Assembly: GCA_017936745.1 (NCBI GenBank)
Contig: JAGBEY010000001.1
Location: 5,111-69,110 of the forward strand
DNA length: 64,000 nt
Direction: 5' to 3'
From: Clostridia bacterium
Lineage (GTDB): Bacteria; Bacillota; Clostridia; UMGS1840
Below, piece after piece: positions 9,079-19,617 of the stretch (position 1 is the stretch's first letter; each line of letters starts with the position of its first letter). Position numbers and translations under genes: made by a program. The notes below the pieces were generated by a model. It was not told where the DNA came from. It saw nothing but the letters and a program-made list of their open reading frames with translations, and made no database searches.

Positions 9079-10182
9079 ATGGATGAAAGAATTTTTTTAT
9101 CGACCCCTCATATGTGCGGAAAAGAAATGGCTTACATCGAGGAAGCCTTTCAAACCAACTGGATTGCACCTTTGGGGAAAAATGTAACTGAATTTGAAAA
9201 TGAAATGTGCACTGTTACAGGTGCTCCCTGTGCAGTTGCTATGTCGGCAGGAACAGCGGCATTACATATGGCACTTCATTACCTTGGTGTGGGCAGAGGC
9301 GATGTTGTGTTTTGTTCTTCCATGACCTTTGCGGCAAGCTGTAATCCCATTGTGTATGAAGGCGGGATTCCCATTTTTATCGACAGCGAGCCGGGCAGCT
9401 GGAATATGTCGCCGGTTGCTTTAAAAAAAGCTTTTGAAAAGTATCCGAATCCGAAAGCCATTGTGGTGGTAAATTTATACGGTCAGTCTGCCGATTATGA
9501 TAAAATTTTAGAGCTTGCCAAAGAACATCATGTTCCCGTTGTGGAGGATGCTGCTGAAAGCTTAGGCGCTACTTATAAAGGAAAAATGACCGGTACAATC
9601 GGGGATTTTGGGGTTTTGTCCTTTAACGGAAACAAAATCATAACCACTTCGGGCGGCGGTATGCTGCTTTGCAAAACCGAGGAAGAAAAAGCAAAAATCG
9701 TGAAATGGATTACCCAATCCCGTGACCCGGCACGGCATTATCAGCACACCGAGCTTGGCTATAATTATCGGATGTCCAACATTTGTGCCGGTATCGGCAG
9801 AGGTCAGTTAACCGCGCTGTCTGACCGTGTGGCGAAAAAAACAGAAATTTTTGAACAATATAAAAACGGTCTTTCCGATTTTCCTGTGGATATGATGCCC
9901 GTTTGTGATTACGGCATCCCGAACTACTGGCTTTCCTGTATGACTGTTCGTGGGAAGAACCCTGTTTCCCTGATGGAAGCGTTGGAGGCAAGAAACATTG
10001 AATCCCGCCCCATATGGAAGCCCATGCATTTGCAGCCCTACTACAAGGATTGTGATTATTTCATGCACGATAACGATGTTTCCAAATCAATTTTTGAAAC
10101 CGGCATCTGCCTGCCCTCCGACACAAAGATGACGAAAGAGCAGCAGAATAAGGTGATAGAAATCCTGAAAGCACAGTTTTAA
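9079..10182 (+). CDS. DegT/DnrJ/EryC1/StrS-family sugar aminotransferase (PglE/EpsN-like)
   Basis: I placed the start at the ATG at 9079, after a GGAGG SD. The family pattern is present (STPHM..E..Y..EAF..NWIAPLG, and SFNGNKIITTSGGGML with the PLP lysine). Confidence 0.85.
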   Translation: MDERIFLSTPHMCGKEMAYIEEAFQTNWIAPLGKNVTEFENEMCTVTGAPCAVAMSAGTAALHMALHYLGVGRGDVVFCSSMTFAASCNPIVYEGGIPIFIDSEPGSWNMSPVALKKAFEKYPNPKAIVVVNLYGQSADYDKILELAKEHHVPVVEDAAESLGATYKGKMTGTIGDFGVLSFNGNKIITTSGGGMLLCKTEEEKAKIVKWITQSRDPARHYQHTELGYNYRMSNICAGIGRGQLTALSDRVAKKTEIFEQYKNGLSDFPVDMMPVCDYGIPNYWLSCMTVRGKNPVSLMEALEARNIESRPIWKPMHLQPYYKDCDYFMHDNDVSKSIFETGICLPSDTKMTKEQQNKVIEILKAQF

Positions 10183-10197
10183 AGGAGAATAAAAGAA

Positions 10198-10815
10198 ATG
10201 TATCGCAAATTCGGAAAACGTTTTTTGGATATAGTTTGTTCCTTGTTGGCACTGGTGGTGTTTTTCTGGTTGTATCTTCTGGTGGCACTTCTGGTGGCAA
10301 TTTTTCTGGGACGGCCGGTATTTTTTACCCAGAACCGCCCGGGGAAAGAGGGCAACATTTTCAAGCTGTATAAATTCCGCACGATGACCGACAAGCGTGA
10401 CGAAAACGGAAATCTGCTCCCCGATGAGGTGCGACTTACAAAATTCGGTAGGTTTCTCAGGGCAACCAGCCTGGATGAGCTTCCCGAAGCGATTAACATT
10501 TTAAAGGGAGATATGTCTATCATCGGGCCGAGGCCGCTGTTGGTGGAATATCTGCCCTTGTATAACGAGGAACAGCGTCACCGTCATGATGTGCGCCCCG
10601 GGCTTTCGGGTCTGGCGCAGGTGAACGGCCGAAATGCATTGTCCTGGGAAGAAAAGTTTAAATTGGATGTGGAATACGTAAGAAACATTACCTTTTTGGG
10701 GGATGTGAAAATTATTTTCCAGACGGTATGGAAAGCTTTTGCCAAACAAGAGGGCATCAGCCAGGAGGGCAATGCTACCATGGAGCCTTTTAAGGGAAGT
10801 GATGTAAATGTATAA
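10198..10815 (+). CDS. small bacterial sugar transferase / undecaprenyl-phosphate hexosamine-1-phosphate transferase (PglC/EpsL-like)
   Basis: A single N-terminal TM is followed by motifs FTQNRPG, KFRTM and DELPQ-like (LDELPEAINILKGDMSIIGPRP). Confidence 0.85.
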   Translation: MYRKFGKRFLDIVCSLLALVVFFWLYLLVALLVAIFLGRPVFFTQNRPGKEGNIFKLYKFRTMTDKRDENGNLLPDEVRLTKFGRFLRATSLDELPEAINILKGDMSIIGPRPLLVEYLPLYNEEQRHRHDVRPGLSGLAQVNGRNALSWEEKFKLDVEYVRNITFLGDVKIIFQTVWKAFAKQEGISQEGNATMEPFKGSDVNV

Positions 10816-11419
10816 CAATGTAATTATCATTGGCGCAGGCGGGCACGCAAAGGTGATTGCCGATATCGTGAGAAAATCCGGCGATAATCTGCTTGGCTTT
10901 TTAGATGATAAGAAAGAAGCGGGAACAGCCTTTTTTGATGGCTTTGTTTTAGGAAACACCGATTCTTACAGAGAATATCCCGATGCCCGGTTTATTATCG
11001 GCATCGGAAGCAACGAGGTTCGTAAGGAAATCGCTCAGAAGCTGAAAGGAGCTTCCTTTTATACCGCTATTCATCCCACTGCGGTGATTGGGGAGGGGGT
11101 AACCATCGGCGAGGGCAGCTGTGTGATGGCAAAGGCAGTCATCAATGCGGATGCTACCGTCGGAGCACATTGTATTCTCAATACCGCATCGGTTGTGGAG
11201 CACGATAATTTGATTGGAGACTTTACCCATATTTCTCCCGGTGCTTGTCTTGCCGGAACAGTGAATGTGGGGGATGGATGTCATATCGGCATTGGTGCAA
11301 CCGTGAAAAATAATATCAGTATTTGTTCCGGTGTTTTGATTGGAGCAGGTGCCGTGGTTGTGAAAAGCATTATCGAGCCGGGTACTTATGTGGGTGTTCC
11401 TGCAAGAAAGGGGAACTGA
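10808..11419 (+). CDS. NeuD/PglD/EpsM-family hexapeptide-repeat sugar acetyltransferase
   Basis: The N-terminal Rossmann-like IIIGAGGHAKV is followed by left-handed beta-helix hexapeptide repeats. It overlaps the upstream gene by 8 nt. Confidence 0.8.
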   Translation: MYNNVIIIGAGGHAKVIADIVRKSGDNLLGFLDDKKEAGTAFFDGFVLGNTDSYREYPDARFIIGIGSNEVRKEIAQKLKGASFYTAIHPTAVIGEGVTIGEGSCVMAKAVINADATVGAHCILNTASVVEHDNLIGDFTHISPGACLAGTVNVGDGCHIGIGATVKNNISICSGVLIGAGAVVVKSIIEPGTYVGVPARKGN

Positions 11420-11422
11420 TTT

Positions 11423-12520
11423 ATGAAACGGATACTCGTTCTTGCCAATATTGATATGGGGCTGTATAATTTCCGGAAGGAACTCTTGCAGACCCTCCTT
11501 GCAAAAGGATATGAAGTTTATATTTCTTTGCCCGATGGCGAGCGGGTGAAGGATATGGAGGCTTTCGGATGTCGTTTTATTGAAACTCCCGTTGACCGCA
11601 GGGGGATGAATCCCGTAGCAGATTTGAAGCTGTTTTTCCGATATTGGAAAATGCTTCGCAAGCTAAAGCCGGATGTGGTATTAACCTATACCATAAAACC
11701 CAATATTTACGGTGGTCTTGCCTGCAGGCTGGCAAAAATTCCGTTTCTTTCCAATATTACGGGATTAGGTTCAGCCATACATAACGGCGGGTTTGTGTCC
11801 CGGCTTCTCATTTGGTTGTATCGTCTTTCTGCAAAATATGCAGCTTGTCTCTTTTTTCAGAACAGCCAGAATATGGAGTTTTTCTCCAAACATAAAATAA
11901 TGGGGAAAAACAGTGTGTTGTTACCCGGTTCCGGTGTGAATTTGGAGGATTATGTCTATGAGCCATATCCGTCGGAAGATACCCCGTTGTCCTTTTTGTT
12001 TATCGGGCGTCTGATGCGGGACAAGGGTGTGGGTGAGCTTTTGGAGGCTGCCCGCAGTATCCGTAAGGACTATCCTGATGTTACCTTTGATTTAATTGGC
12101 TTTTGCGAGGCAGGATATCAGGCTGTTTTCGAGGAGCTGAATCAGGGGAATGTAGTGAATGCCCTGGGGCAGCAGCAAAATGTGAAAGAGTTTATTAAAA
12201 GTCATTCTGCTACGGTGCTTCCCTCCTATCATGAGGGCACTGCCAATGTACTTTTGGAAAGTGCAGCATCCGGCAGACCGCTGATTGCCAGTGAAATTCC
12301 CGGCTGTATGGAAATTATTGAGGATAATGTCACCGGCTATCTGTGCGAGGCAAAAAATGCAGCATCTTTGGAGGAAGCACTTCGGAATTTTATCAGTCTG
12401 TCCTATGAGAAAAAGCAGGAAATGGGCAAATTGGGACGATTAAAAATGGAGCGGGAATATGACCGCAGGATTATTATAGAACACTATTTACGAGAGATCG
12501 GGAAGGTGGAAAAACAATGA
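11423..12520 (+). CDS. glycosyltransferase family 4 (GT-B, PglA/WbuB-like)
   Basis: It has the GT-B pattern with the C-terminal EGTANVLLESAASGRPLIASEIPG (EX7E-type) motif. Confidence 0.8.
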   Translation: MKRILVLANIDMGLYNFRKELLQTLLAKGYEVYISLPDGERVKDMEAFGCRFIETPVDRRGMNPVADLKLFFRYWKMLRKLKPDVVLTYTIKPNIYGGLACRLAKIPFLSNITGLGSAIHNGGFVSRLLIWLYRLSAKYAACLFFQNSQNMEFFSKHKIMGKNSVLLPGSGVNLEDYVYEPYPSEDTPLSFLFIGRLMRDKGVGELLEAARSIRKDYPDVTFDLIGFCEAGYQAVFEELNQGNVVNALGQQQNVKEFIKSHSATVLPSYHEGTANVLLESAASGRPLIASEIPGCMEIIEDNVTGYLCEAKNAASLEEALRNFISLSYEKKQEMGKLGRLKMEREYDRRIIIEHYLREIGKVEKQ

Positions 12521-13836
12521 ATTTATATGAAAAAATTGTTGCAAGAGAAGAAAAAATTTCTTTGGTAGGCTTAGGATATGTAGGCATGCCCATTGCAGTT
12601 GCATTTGCGAAAAAGGTGGATGTGATTGGCTTTGACTTGAACAAGAAAAAAATCGAGCTTTATCAGAACGGGATTGACCCTACAAAAGAAGTGGGAGACG
12701 AGGCGATAAAAGCTACCACAGTGGATTTTACTGCTGACCCTGCCAGATTGAAAGAGGCAAAATTTCACATTGTGGCAGTTCCCACACCGGTAAATCCTGA
12801 CCACACCCCCGATTTAACTCCCGTAGAGGGTGCAAGCCGTATTTTAGGGCAGAATTTAACCAAAGGCTCTGTAGTTGTGTTTGAAAGCACCGTATACCCC
12901 GGTGTAACTGAAGAGGTTTGTGTTCCGATTTTAGAAAAAGAAAGCGGGTTACAATGCGGGGTAGACTTTAAAATTGGCTATTCTCCCGAACGAATTAACC
13001 CCGGTGATAAGGTTCACCGTCTGGAAACCATCGTGAAAATTGTTTCTGGTATGGATGAAGAAACGCTGGATACCGTTGCCAAGGTATATGAGCTGGTGGT
13101 TGAGGCAGGGGTTCACCGTGCCCAAAGCATTAAGGTTGCCGAAGCAGCAAAGGTTATCGAAAACAGTCAGCGGGATATCAATATTGCATTTATGAATGAA
13201 TTGTCCATTATTTTCAACAAAATGGGCATTGATACCAAAGCCGTTCTGGAAGCGGCAGGCACAAAATGGAACTTTTTAAAGTTTTCGCCCGGTTTGGTTG
13301 GCGGTCACTGTATTGGTGTTGACCCTTATTATCTCACCTATAAGGCAGAGCAGATGGGGTATCACAGTAAAATCATTCTGTCGGGCAGAACCATCAATGA
13401 TGATATGGGGAAATATGTGGCAGAAAACATTATCAAAAATCTCATTCGTGCTGATATTTCCATTAAGCACGCCAAGGTGGCACTGTTTGGTTTCACCTTT
13501 AAAGAAAACTGTCCCGATACCCGTAACACCAGAGTGATTGATATTGTGAACGAGCTGAAAGAATACGAGGTTGTGCCCATGGTGTATGACCCGGTGGCAG
13601 ACAAAGCCGAAGCATTTCGCGAGTACGGCATTTCTTTCTGTGAACTTTCCGAAATCAAGGATGTGGATTGTGTGATTATAGCGGTAGGTCACGAAGAATT
13701 TATGAAAATGAGCCTCTCTGATTTTGACACATTCTTTAAAAATGTTCCCAACAGCAAAAAAGTTCTGGTGGATATTAAGGGTGTGCTGAACCGCAGCGAG
13801 GCAGAAGGTTTAGAGTATAATTATTGGAGATTGTAA
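12517..13836 (+). CDS. UDP-N-acetylhexosamine 6-dehydrogenase (nucleotide-sugar dehydrogenase, TviB/WbpO-like)
   Basis: The N-terminal GLGYVGMP NAD fold, the catalytic GGHCIGVDPYYL cysteine motif and a length of about 440 aa all fit this family. Confidence 0.85.
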   Translation: MNLYEKIVAREEKISLVGLGYVGMPIAVAFAKKVDVIGFDLNKKKIELYQNGIDPTKEVGDEAIKATTVDFTADPARLKEAKFHIVAVPTPVNPDHTPDLTPVEGASRILGQNLTKGSVVVFESTVYPGVTEEVCVPILEKESGLQCGVDFKIGYSPERINPGDKVHRLETIVKIVSGMDEETLDTVAKVYELVVEAGVHRAQSIKVAEAAKVIENSQRDINIAFMNELSIIFNKMGIDTKAVLEAAGTKWNFLKFSPGLVGGHCIGVDPYYLTYKAEQMGYHSKIILSGRTINDDMGKYVAENIIKNLIRADISIKHAKVALFGFTFKENCPDTRNTRVIDIVNELKEYEVVPMVYDPVADKAEAFREYGISFCELSEIKDVDCVIIAVGHEEFMKMSLSDFDTFFKNVPNSKKVLVDIKGVLNRSEAEGLEYNYWRL

Positions 13837-13840
13837 GATT

Positions 13841-14815
13841 ATGGGTTATAAAGATTTAAAATTTCCGGAAAATTCCAGATTTTTAGTAACGGGGGGCGCA
13901 GGCTTTATCGGCTCCAACCTGTGTGAAGCCATTCTCAATATGGGCTTCTTTGTAAGATGTTTAGATGATTTTTCCACCGGAAAACGGGAAAATATCGCAG
14001 CCTTTTTAGAAAATCCCAATTTTGAGCTGTTAGAGGGGGATATCCGGGATTTGGATACCTGTATGAAAGCTTGCGAGGGCATTGACTATGTGTCTCATCA
14101 GGCTGCCTGGGGCAGTGTACCCCGCAGCATTGAAATGCCTCTGCTGTATGAAGAAATCAATATCAGAGGGACATTAAATATGATGGAAGCAGCACGGCAG
14201 AATGGCGTGAAAAAGTTTGTTTATGCTTCCAGCTCTTCTGTTTACGGAGATGAACCCAATCTCCCCAAAACCGAGGAACGGGTAGGGAAAGTGCTGTCTC
14301 CCTATGCACTGACCAAGAAAACCAATGAGGAATACGGCAGACTGTATACCAAACTTTACGGCTTGGAAACGGTTGGTTTTCGTTATTTTAATGTGTTCGG
14401 ACGCCGTCAGGATCCTCACGGCTATTATGCGGCAGTTATCCCGAAATTTGTGAAAGCACTGCTCAACGACGAAGCTCCCACCATTAACGGAGATGGGAAG
14501 CAGTCCCGTGACTTTACATACATTGAAAATGTGGTGGAAGCAAACTTAAAAGGAATGCTGTCCGGCCCTGAGGCTGCAGGGGAAGCCTTTAATGTGGCTT
14601 ACGGCGGTCAGGAATATTTAATTGACTTATATCATAAGCTTTGTGAACTGTTAGGAAAAAATATCGAGCCGAATTACGGGCCTGACCGTGCAGGAGATAT
14701 CAAGCACTCCAACGCGGATATTACCAAAGCAAGAACTCTTCTGGGCTATGACCCCGACTACGATTTTAACCGTGGCATTGAGCTGGCTGTAGATTGGTAC
14801 CGGGAAAATTTATAA
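13841..14815 (+). CDS. NAD-dependent nucleotide-sugar 4-epimerase (TviC/WbpP-like SDR)
   Basis: It has VTGGAGFIGSNL, the YxxxK motif (SPYALTKKTNE) and LDDFSTGKRENI, which is typical of WbpP/TviC-type epimerases. It sits next to the TviB-like gene. Confidence 0.8.
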   Translation: MGYKDLKFPENSRFLVTGGAGFIGSNLCEAILNMGFFVRCLDDFSTGKRENIAAFLENPNFELLEGDIRDLDTCMKACEGIDYVSHQAAWGSVPRSIEMPLLYEEINIRGTLNMMEAARQNGVKKFVYASSSSVYGDEPNLPKTEERVGKVLSPYALTKKTNEEYGRLYTKLYGLETVGFRYFNVFGRRQDPHGYYAAVIPKFVKALLNDEAPTINGDGKQSRDFTYIENVVEANLKGMLSGPEAAGEAFNVAYGGQEYLIDLYHKLCELLGKNIEPNYGPDRAGDIKHSNADITKARTLLGYDPDYDFNRGIELAVDWYRENL

Positions 14816-14866
14816 TGCCATTTTTAAACACGAAAATTAGTGATACTTTTTCAAATTGAGGATTTT

Positions 14867-15979
14867 ATGACCGTATATATATTTATGATAGTTGCCTGGT
14901 TAGCCGGGTATTACGCCATGGTCTATCAGTCCGGAAACAGTGTAGCATCTGTGAAAGCCAAGGAAAAAAACAGTAAGCTTTACGTTGTATTTGCAGGCAG
15001 TATCCTGTTTCTTGTTATGGGGCTGCGCCACAAATATGTAGGAATTGATACCATGCAATATCTGGAAAGATACCACGTGAGCGGCCGCTACGACTGGAGT
15101 GTTTTTCTCAACGTACAACAGTGGATGAAGCAGGAATTGGGATTTACTCTCATCGGGAAGGTGCTGCAAACTCTCGGCGTGGGAAACCAGATGTACCTTG
15201 TTTTGTACGCTTTGTTTATTTCGCTTTGTATTTCCCGATTGATTTATAAATATATGAAAAACCTGTTCTGGGGCTTTTATTTGCACACCACCATCGGGCT
15301 TTTCACAATGTCAATGTCGGGAATGAGACAGTCGATTGCTTGCTGTATCTGCTGGCTGGGAATTGATTATATTATTGAAAAAAAACCAATCCGCTTTTGC
15401 CTTTTGGTGCTGATTGCTTCTACCTTTCATCAATCGGCAATTTTTTTCCTTGTATTTTACTGGATTGGCAATGTTAAAATCAAAAAAGCAAGCGGATGGC
15501 TTGCGTGGCTGTTTTGTTTGGCATTTGTCTTTTTACGACCTGTTTTCGTTGTGATACTGACCAAGCTTATGCCGGTGAAATACAGCATTTACGGTATGGT
15601 GAGCGATAAGAATCCCATCAATCCGCTTCTTGTGGCGATTGCACTGTTAATTCCTATGTTCTGTCTGTTTTTCTGGGAGCGGAGCAAGCTGGAAACAGAG
15701 CAGCAGGAAAGACTGTATTCTCTTTGCTTTCTCGGTTCGTTTATCTATGCGATGATTACCATTATGTCGCTTTCTTCCAATATGATAGGACGAATGAGCC
15801 AGTATTTTTACATCTTTAATGTGGTTCTTTTAGGAAACGTGATTACCGATATTGATGATTACAAAACCAGATATATTGTTATGCTGTTTGCTATTTTGCT
15901 GCCGGGATATATGTTCTTTAAATCCCAGAGTTTGGGGATTGCTCCGTATTATTTTTTCTGGCAGGTGTATGGCTCGTAG
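14867..15979 (+). CDS. EpsG-family polysaccharide polymerase-like membrane protein, paralog 1
   Basis: It is polytopic with about 10-11 TM segments and has the EpsG-like conserved core FWGFYLHTTIGLFTMSMSGMRQSIA. I placed the start at the ATG at 14867, after a GAGGA SD. Confidence 0.7.
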   Translation: MTVYIFMIVAWLAGYYAMVYQSGNSVASVKAKEKNSKLYVVFAGSILFLVMGLRHKYVGIDTMQYLERYHVSGRYDWSVFLNVQQWMKQELGFTLIGKVLQTLGVGNQMYLVLYALFISLCISRLIYKYMKNLFWGFYLHTTIGLFTMSMSGMRQSIACCICWLGIDYIIEKKPIRFCLLVLIASTFHQSAIFFLVFYWIGNVKIKKASGWLAWLFCLAFVFLRPVFVVILTKLMPVKYSIYGMVSDKNPINPLLVAIALLIPMFCLFFWERSKLETEQQERLYSLCFLGSFIYAMITIMSLSSNMIGRMSQYFYIFNVVLLGNVITDIDDYKTRYIVMLFAILLPGYMFFKSQSLGIAPYYFFWQVYGS

Positions 15980-16025
15980 CAGCGAGACATTCTCAAAATA
16001 AAGAATCAGTAAAAGAGGCGAGTGT

Positions 16026-17132
16026 ATGACACCTTATGTTTTTATGATTTTCATATGGTTGATAGCATTTTACTATCTGCTGTATCAGGACAATAAAATA
16101 TCTGAAATGAGTATGGAAAAAAGACGTAAGCTGTTTGTCTGGATTTCCGGATTCACCTTGTTTGTGATTATGGGATTCCGTCATCAGCTGGTTGGCATTG
16201 ACACCCCCCGGTATTTAAGCCGTTACCATTCCTCGGCATATTTTGACTGGGATATGTTTTTGCAGTGGGATATGTGGATGGAAAAAGAGCTGGGATTCAC
16301 TCTGGTTGGTAAGATTTTATATTCCCTCAATGTTCCGGATGAATTATATCTGATGTTGTATGGTTTGTTCATTACGGTGTGCATTTCCAGACTGATTTAT
16401 AGATGGTGTAAAAATCCGTTCTGGGGCTTTTATCTGCATACCACCATCGGGCTGTTCACCATGTCGATGTCAGGAATCCGTCAATCCATTGCCTGTTGTA
16501 TCTGTTGGCTTGGCATTGATTATATTTTACAAAAAAAACCGGTGAAATATGCAATTTTGGTGCTCATCGCCTCCACCTTTCATCAGTCGGCAATTTTCTT
16601 TATTGTGTTTTATTTTGCCCGGTATGTTACCATTAAAAAGGTGAGCGGTTGGCTGATTTCTGCTTTCTCTGTTGCCTGCATTGCTTTACGACCGATTCTT
16701 GTGCCGCTGCTTTCTTACTTTATGCCCAGTAAATATGAGATATACGGTCTGGCAAGTGATAAGCATCAGGTGAACCCCCTTTTGGTGCTGGTTGCCTTGC
16801 TGATTCCTATGTTCTGTCTGTTTTTCTGGGAACGCAGAAAAATTAAGGATGAAAAAGAGGAGCAGTTTTATTCCCTGTGCTTTGCCGGCTCATTTCTTTA
16901 TGCCGTGATTCAGGTGTTATCTATGTCGTCTAATATGATTGGACGTATGAATCAGTATTTTTATATCTTTAATGTGGTTCTTCTTGGAAATATCATCACC
17001 GATATCGAAGACAGAAATACCCGTTATATAGCTTCTGCATTTGCTTTGATGCTTCCGGGGTATATGTTTTTTAAATCACAGAGTCTTGGGATTTCTCCCT
17101 ATTATTTCTTCTGGCAAACGTACGGAATGTAA
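16026..17132 (+). CDS. EpsG-family polysaccharide polymerase-like membrane protein, paralog 2
   Basis: The product is collinear with the upstream paralog along its whole length, with many identical blocks. Confidence 0.7.
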   Translation: MTPYVFMIFIWLIAFYYLLYQDNKISEMSMEKRRKLFVWISGFTLFVIMGFRHQLVGIDTPRYLSRYHSSAYFDWDMFLQWDMWMEKELGFTLVGKILYSLNVPDELYLMLYGLFITVCISRLIYRWCKNPFWGFYLHTTIGLFTMSMSGIRQSIACCICWLGIDYILQKKPVKYAILVLIASTFHQSAIFFIVFYFARYVTIKKVSGWLISAFSVACIALRPILVPLLSYFMPSKYEIYGLASDKHQVNPLLVLVALLIPMFCLFFWERRKIKDEKEEQFYSLCFAGSFLYAVIQVLSMSSNMIGRMNQYFYIFNVVLLGNIITDIEDRNTRYIASAFALMLPGYMFFKSQSLGISPYYFFWQTYGM

Positions 17133-17147
17133 AGGTTGGAATTTGCG

Positions 17148-18407
17148 ATGAATATTTTGTGGATTTTAAATTCTCCCATCGGGGAAATTTCAAATGTGTT
17201 GAATTTGTCCCGTGCTCAGAGCGGAACCTGGATTGACGGAGCAATGGAATCGTTGTTGAAAGCAGAGCCCTCGGTACGGCTGACCATTCTCACCACCGCC
17301 AAAGTAAAAGAGATTCGGCGGAAAACAGAGGACGGTGTGGAGTATGTATGCTTAAATCTGGGCAGATGTCCCCGTGGGAAAAGCACTTCCCCCGGTAAGC
17401 TGGAGGGCTGGATTTCAGAAATAAATCGTATCAAGCCTGACCTGATTCATATTTGGGGGACAGAGTTTTCCATTGGCTATGATATTGCCCGTAGAATCAA
17501 AAATATTCCCATTGTTTATCGGATTCAGGGCGCTATCAATGCCATCAGCAAATATCCCAACGGGCATCTGAGTGTGAAACGGATGAAGAAGGAGCTGTCT
17601 TGGTTTGACAGGCTGAAAGCCAATAAATATAACAAGGATTCCCGTTTTATGGAAAAGCAGGCGGAGCTGGAGCTTCGTATGATAGAAGGTTCTTCTGCCA
17701 TTTTCTCCGATAATGAATGGGCATTGATGCAGTATCAGATGAAGCTGCCAAACGTTCCCGTTTATTTTGATAAGCTGCCAATCCGTCAGGTGTTCTACAA
17801 TCGCAAATGGTCGCTGGATTCGGCACGTCCCCGAAGCCTGTTTTGTCTGGCAGGGCGCACTGCCTATAAGGGGATTCATCAGGTTATCGAAGCAGTTGCT
17901 CTTTTGAAAGAGGAATTTCCCGACATTTTGCTTCGCATTCCGGGAAGCATTGCATCCAGAAGTCCAAAATGGTTGTTTGAGCCAACTTATATTACCTATT
18001 TGAAAAAGCTGATTAAAAAATATAATCTGGAACAGAATGTAGAATTTTTAGGACCGCTGACCTCAGAGGAAATGGCGGAATTTATGTGTCAAAGCAGTCT
18101 TTTTGTAATGCCCTCCGTCATTGAAAATGAGTCGGCTACCTTACGGGAGGCAATGATGCTTGGAATGCCTGTGGTCTCTGCCTTTGTTGGAGATGTTTAT
18201 GAAACGGTGGTGCATCGGGAAACCGGGCTTCTCTACCGCTATGAAGAATATGAGATGCTGGCGTATCACATCAGAACCCTGCTGAAAGACTCCGGCTTTG
18301 CACAGCGTTTAGGCGAACATGCAATGGCATTTATGGAGCAGGAATACGAAAACGAGAATTACGGAAAAACCTTGGTGGACATTTATCAAAAGGTTTTGAA
18401 AAAATAA
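17148..18407 (+). CDS. glycosyltransferase family 4 (GT-B)
   Basis: The C-terminal motif ENESATLREAMMLGMPVVSAFVGD is of GT4 type. The start is placed at the ATG at 17148, but the upstream TTG at 17136 remains possible. Confidence 0.7.
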   Translation: MNILWILNSPIGEISNVLNLSRAQSGTWIDGAMESLLKAEPSVRLTILTTAKVKEIRRKTEDGVEYVCLNLGRCPRGKSTSPGKLEGWISEINRIKPDLIHIWGTEFSIGYDIARRIKNIPIVYRIQGAINAISKYPNGHLSVKRMKKELSWFDRLKANKYNKDSRFMEKQAELELRMIEGSSAIFSDNEWALMQYQMKLPNVPVYFDKLPIRQVFYNRKWSLDSARPRSLFCLAGRTAYKGIHQVIEAVALLKEEFPDILLRIPGSIASRSPKWLFEPTYITYLKKLIKKYNLEQNVEFLGPLTSEEMAEFMCQSSLFVMPSVIENESATLREAMMLGMPVVSAFVGDVYETVVHRETGLLYRYEEYEMLAYHIRTLLKDSGFAQRLGEHAMAFMEQEYENENYGKTLVDIYQKVLKK

Positions 18408-18447
18408 ACACCCCGCTCGAAACCGGGTGTAACATGGAGAGTCCGTT

Positions 18448-19617
18448 ATGAAACTCACTTTTTTTAGTAATGTAATGTCTCATCATCAAAAACCGTTTTG
18501 CGAGGAGATGTATCGGAAATTAGGGGATTCTTTTCGGTTTGTGGTGATGAAAAACATCAAAGAGGAACGAAAAAAACTGGGGTATTCCACCTATGAGGGG
18601 GAAACCATTCCCTATCTTATCAATGTAAGCCATTCCGAAGAAAACTATGAGCTGGCAAAACAGCTTGCAACAGATAGCGATGTGGTTATTTTCGGGTCGG
18701 GACATCCTGACTTGTTATCGGAGAGAATTGCTCAAAACAAGCTGACTTTTTTGTATACTGAACGGTTATTTAAACGGGGCCGTCTGGCACTTTTGCGGCC
18801 GGATATCAAAAAAAATATGGCGGTTCGCTATCAGCTGCCTTCCAAGCAATCCAATTTTTATATGTTATCTGCCAGTGCTTTCACTCCGTATGATTTGAGT
18901 CTGTTACACGCATTTTCGGGAAAATGTCTGAAATGGGGCTATTTCCCCCAATTTCTCACTTATGATACGGATGAGCTGTTTCGGAAGAAAAAGCACGAAG
19001 TACCACAGCTTTTGTGGGTAGGACGGTTTATTGATTGGAAGCGTACCAAAGATGCTCTCCGTGTTGCCAAAAAGCTTTCCGATGCCGGCTATCGGTTTCA
19101 GCTTTCCGTGATTGGCACGGGAGTACTGGAGGATAAGCTGAAAGCTTATGTAAAAATAAACAACATAGAACATTGTGTTACCTTTTTGGGAGCAATGCCC
19201 CCCGAAAAGGTGCGGGAATATATGGAGCAAGCCAACATTTTCCTCTTCACCTCCAACAAGCGTGAGGGATGGGGAGCAGTGCTGAATGAGGCGATGAACA
19301 GCGGTTGTGTCTGTGTGGCAAACAGCACCATCGGCTCTGCACCGTATCTTTTGAAAAACGGGGAAAACGGATTTTTATATCGGGGACAGAAGAAATTTTA
19401 CCAAACGGTAACATATCTTTTGGAGCATCCTGAATGTTGGAATGAAGTTTCCCAAAAAGCGTATCAGACGTTGGAAACTCAGTGGAATGTGTCGGTAGCG
19501 GCACAACGTTTTTTAGACACGGCAGAAGCTTATCTTTCAAAGAACGAGCCTCCCCGTTATGAAAGCGGACCTATGAGCGAAGCTCCCATCATGAAAAATA
19601 ATTGGTATAAAGGATGA
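18448..19617 (+). CDS. glycosyltransferase (GT-B, family 1/4-like)
   Basis: It carries the motif REGWGAVLNEAMNSGCVCVANSTIGSAPYLL (EX7E-type). Confidence 0.7.
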   Translation: MKLTFFSNVMSHHQKPFCEEMYRKLGDSFRFVVMKNIKEERKKLGYSTYEGETIPYLINVSHSEENYELAKQLATDSDVVIFGSGHPDLLSERIAQNKLTFLYTERLFKRGRLALLRPDIKKNMAVRYQLPSKQSNFYMLSASAFTPYDLSLLHAFSGKCLKWGYFPQFLTYDTDELFRKKKHEVPQLLWVGRFIDWKRTKDALRVAKKLSDAGYRFQLSVIGTGVLEDKLKAYVKINNIEHCVTFLGAMPPEKVREYMEQANIFLFTSNKREGWGAVLNEAMNSGCVCVANSTIGSAPYLLKNGENGFLYRGQKKFYQTVTYLLEHPECWNEVSQKAYQTLETQWNVSVAAQRFLDTAEAYLSKNEPPRYESGPMSEAPIMKNNWYKG

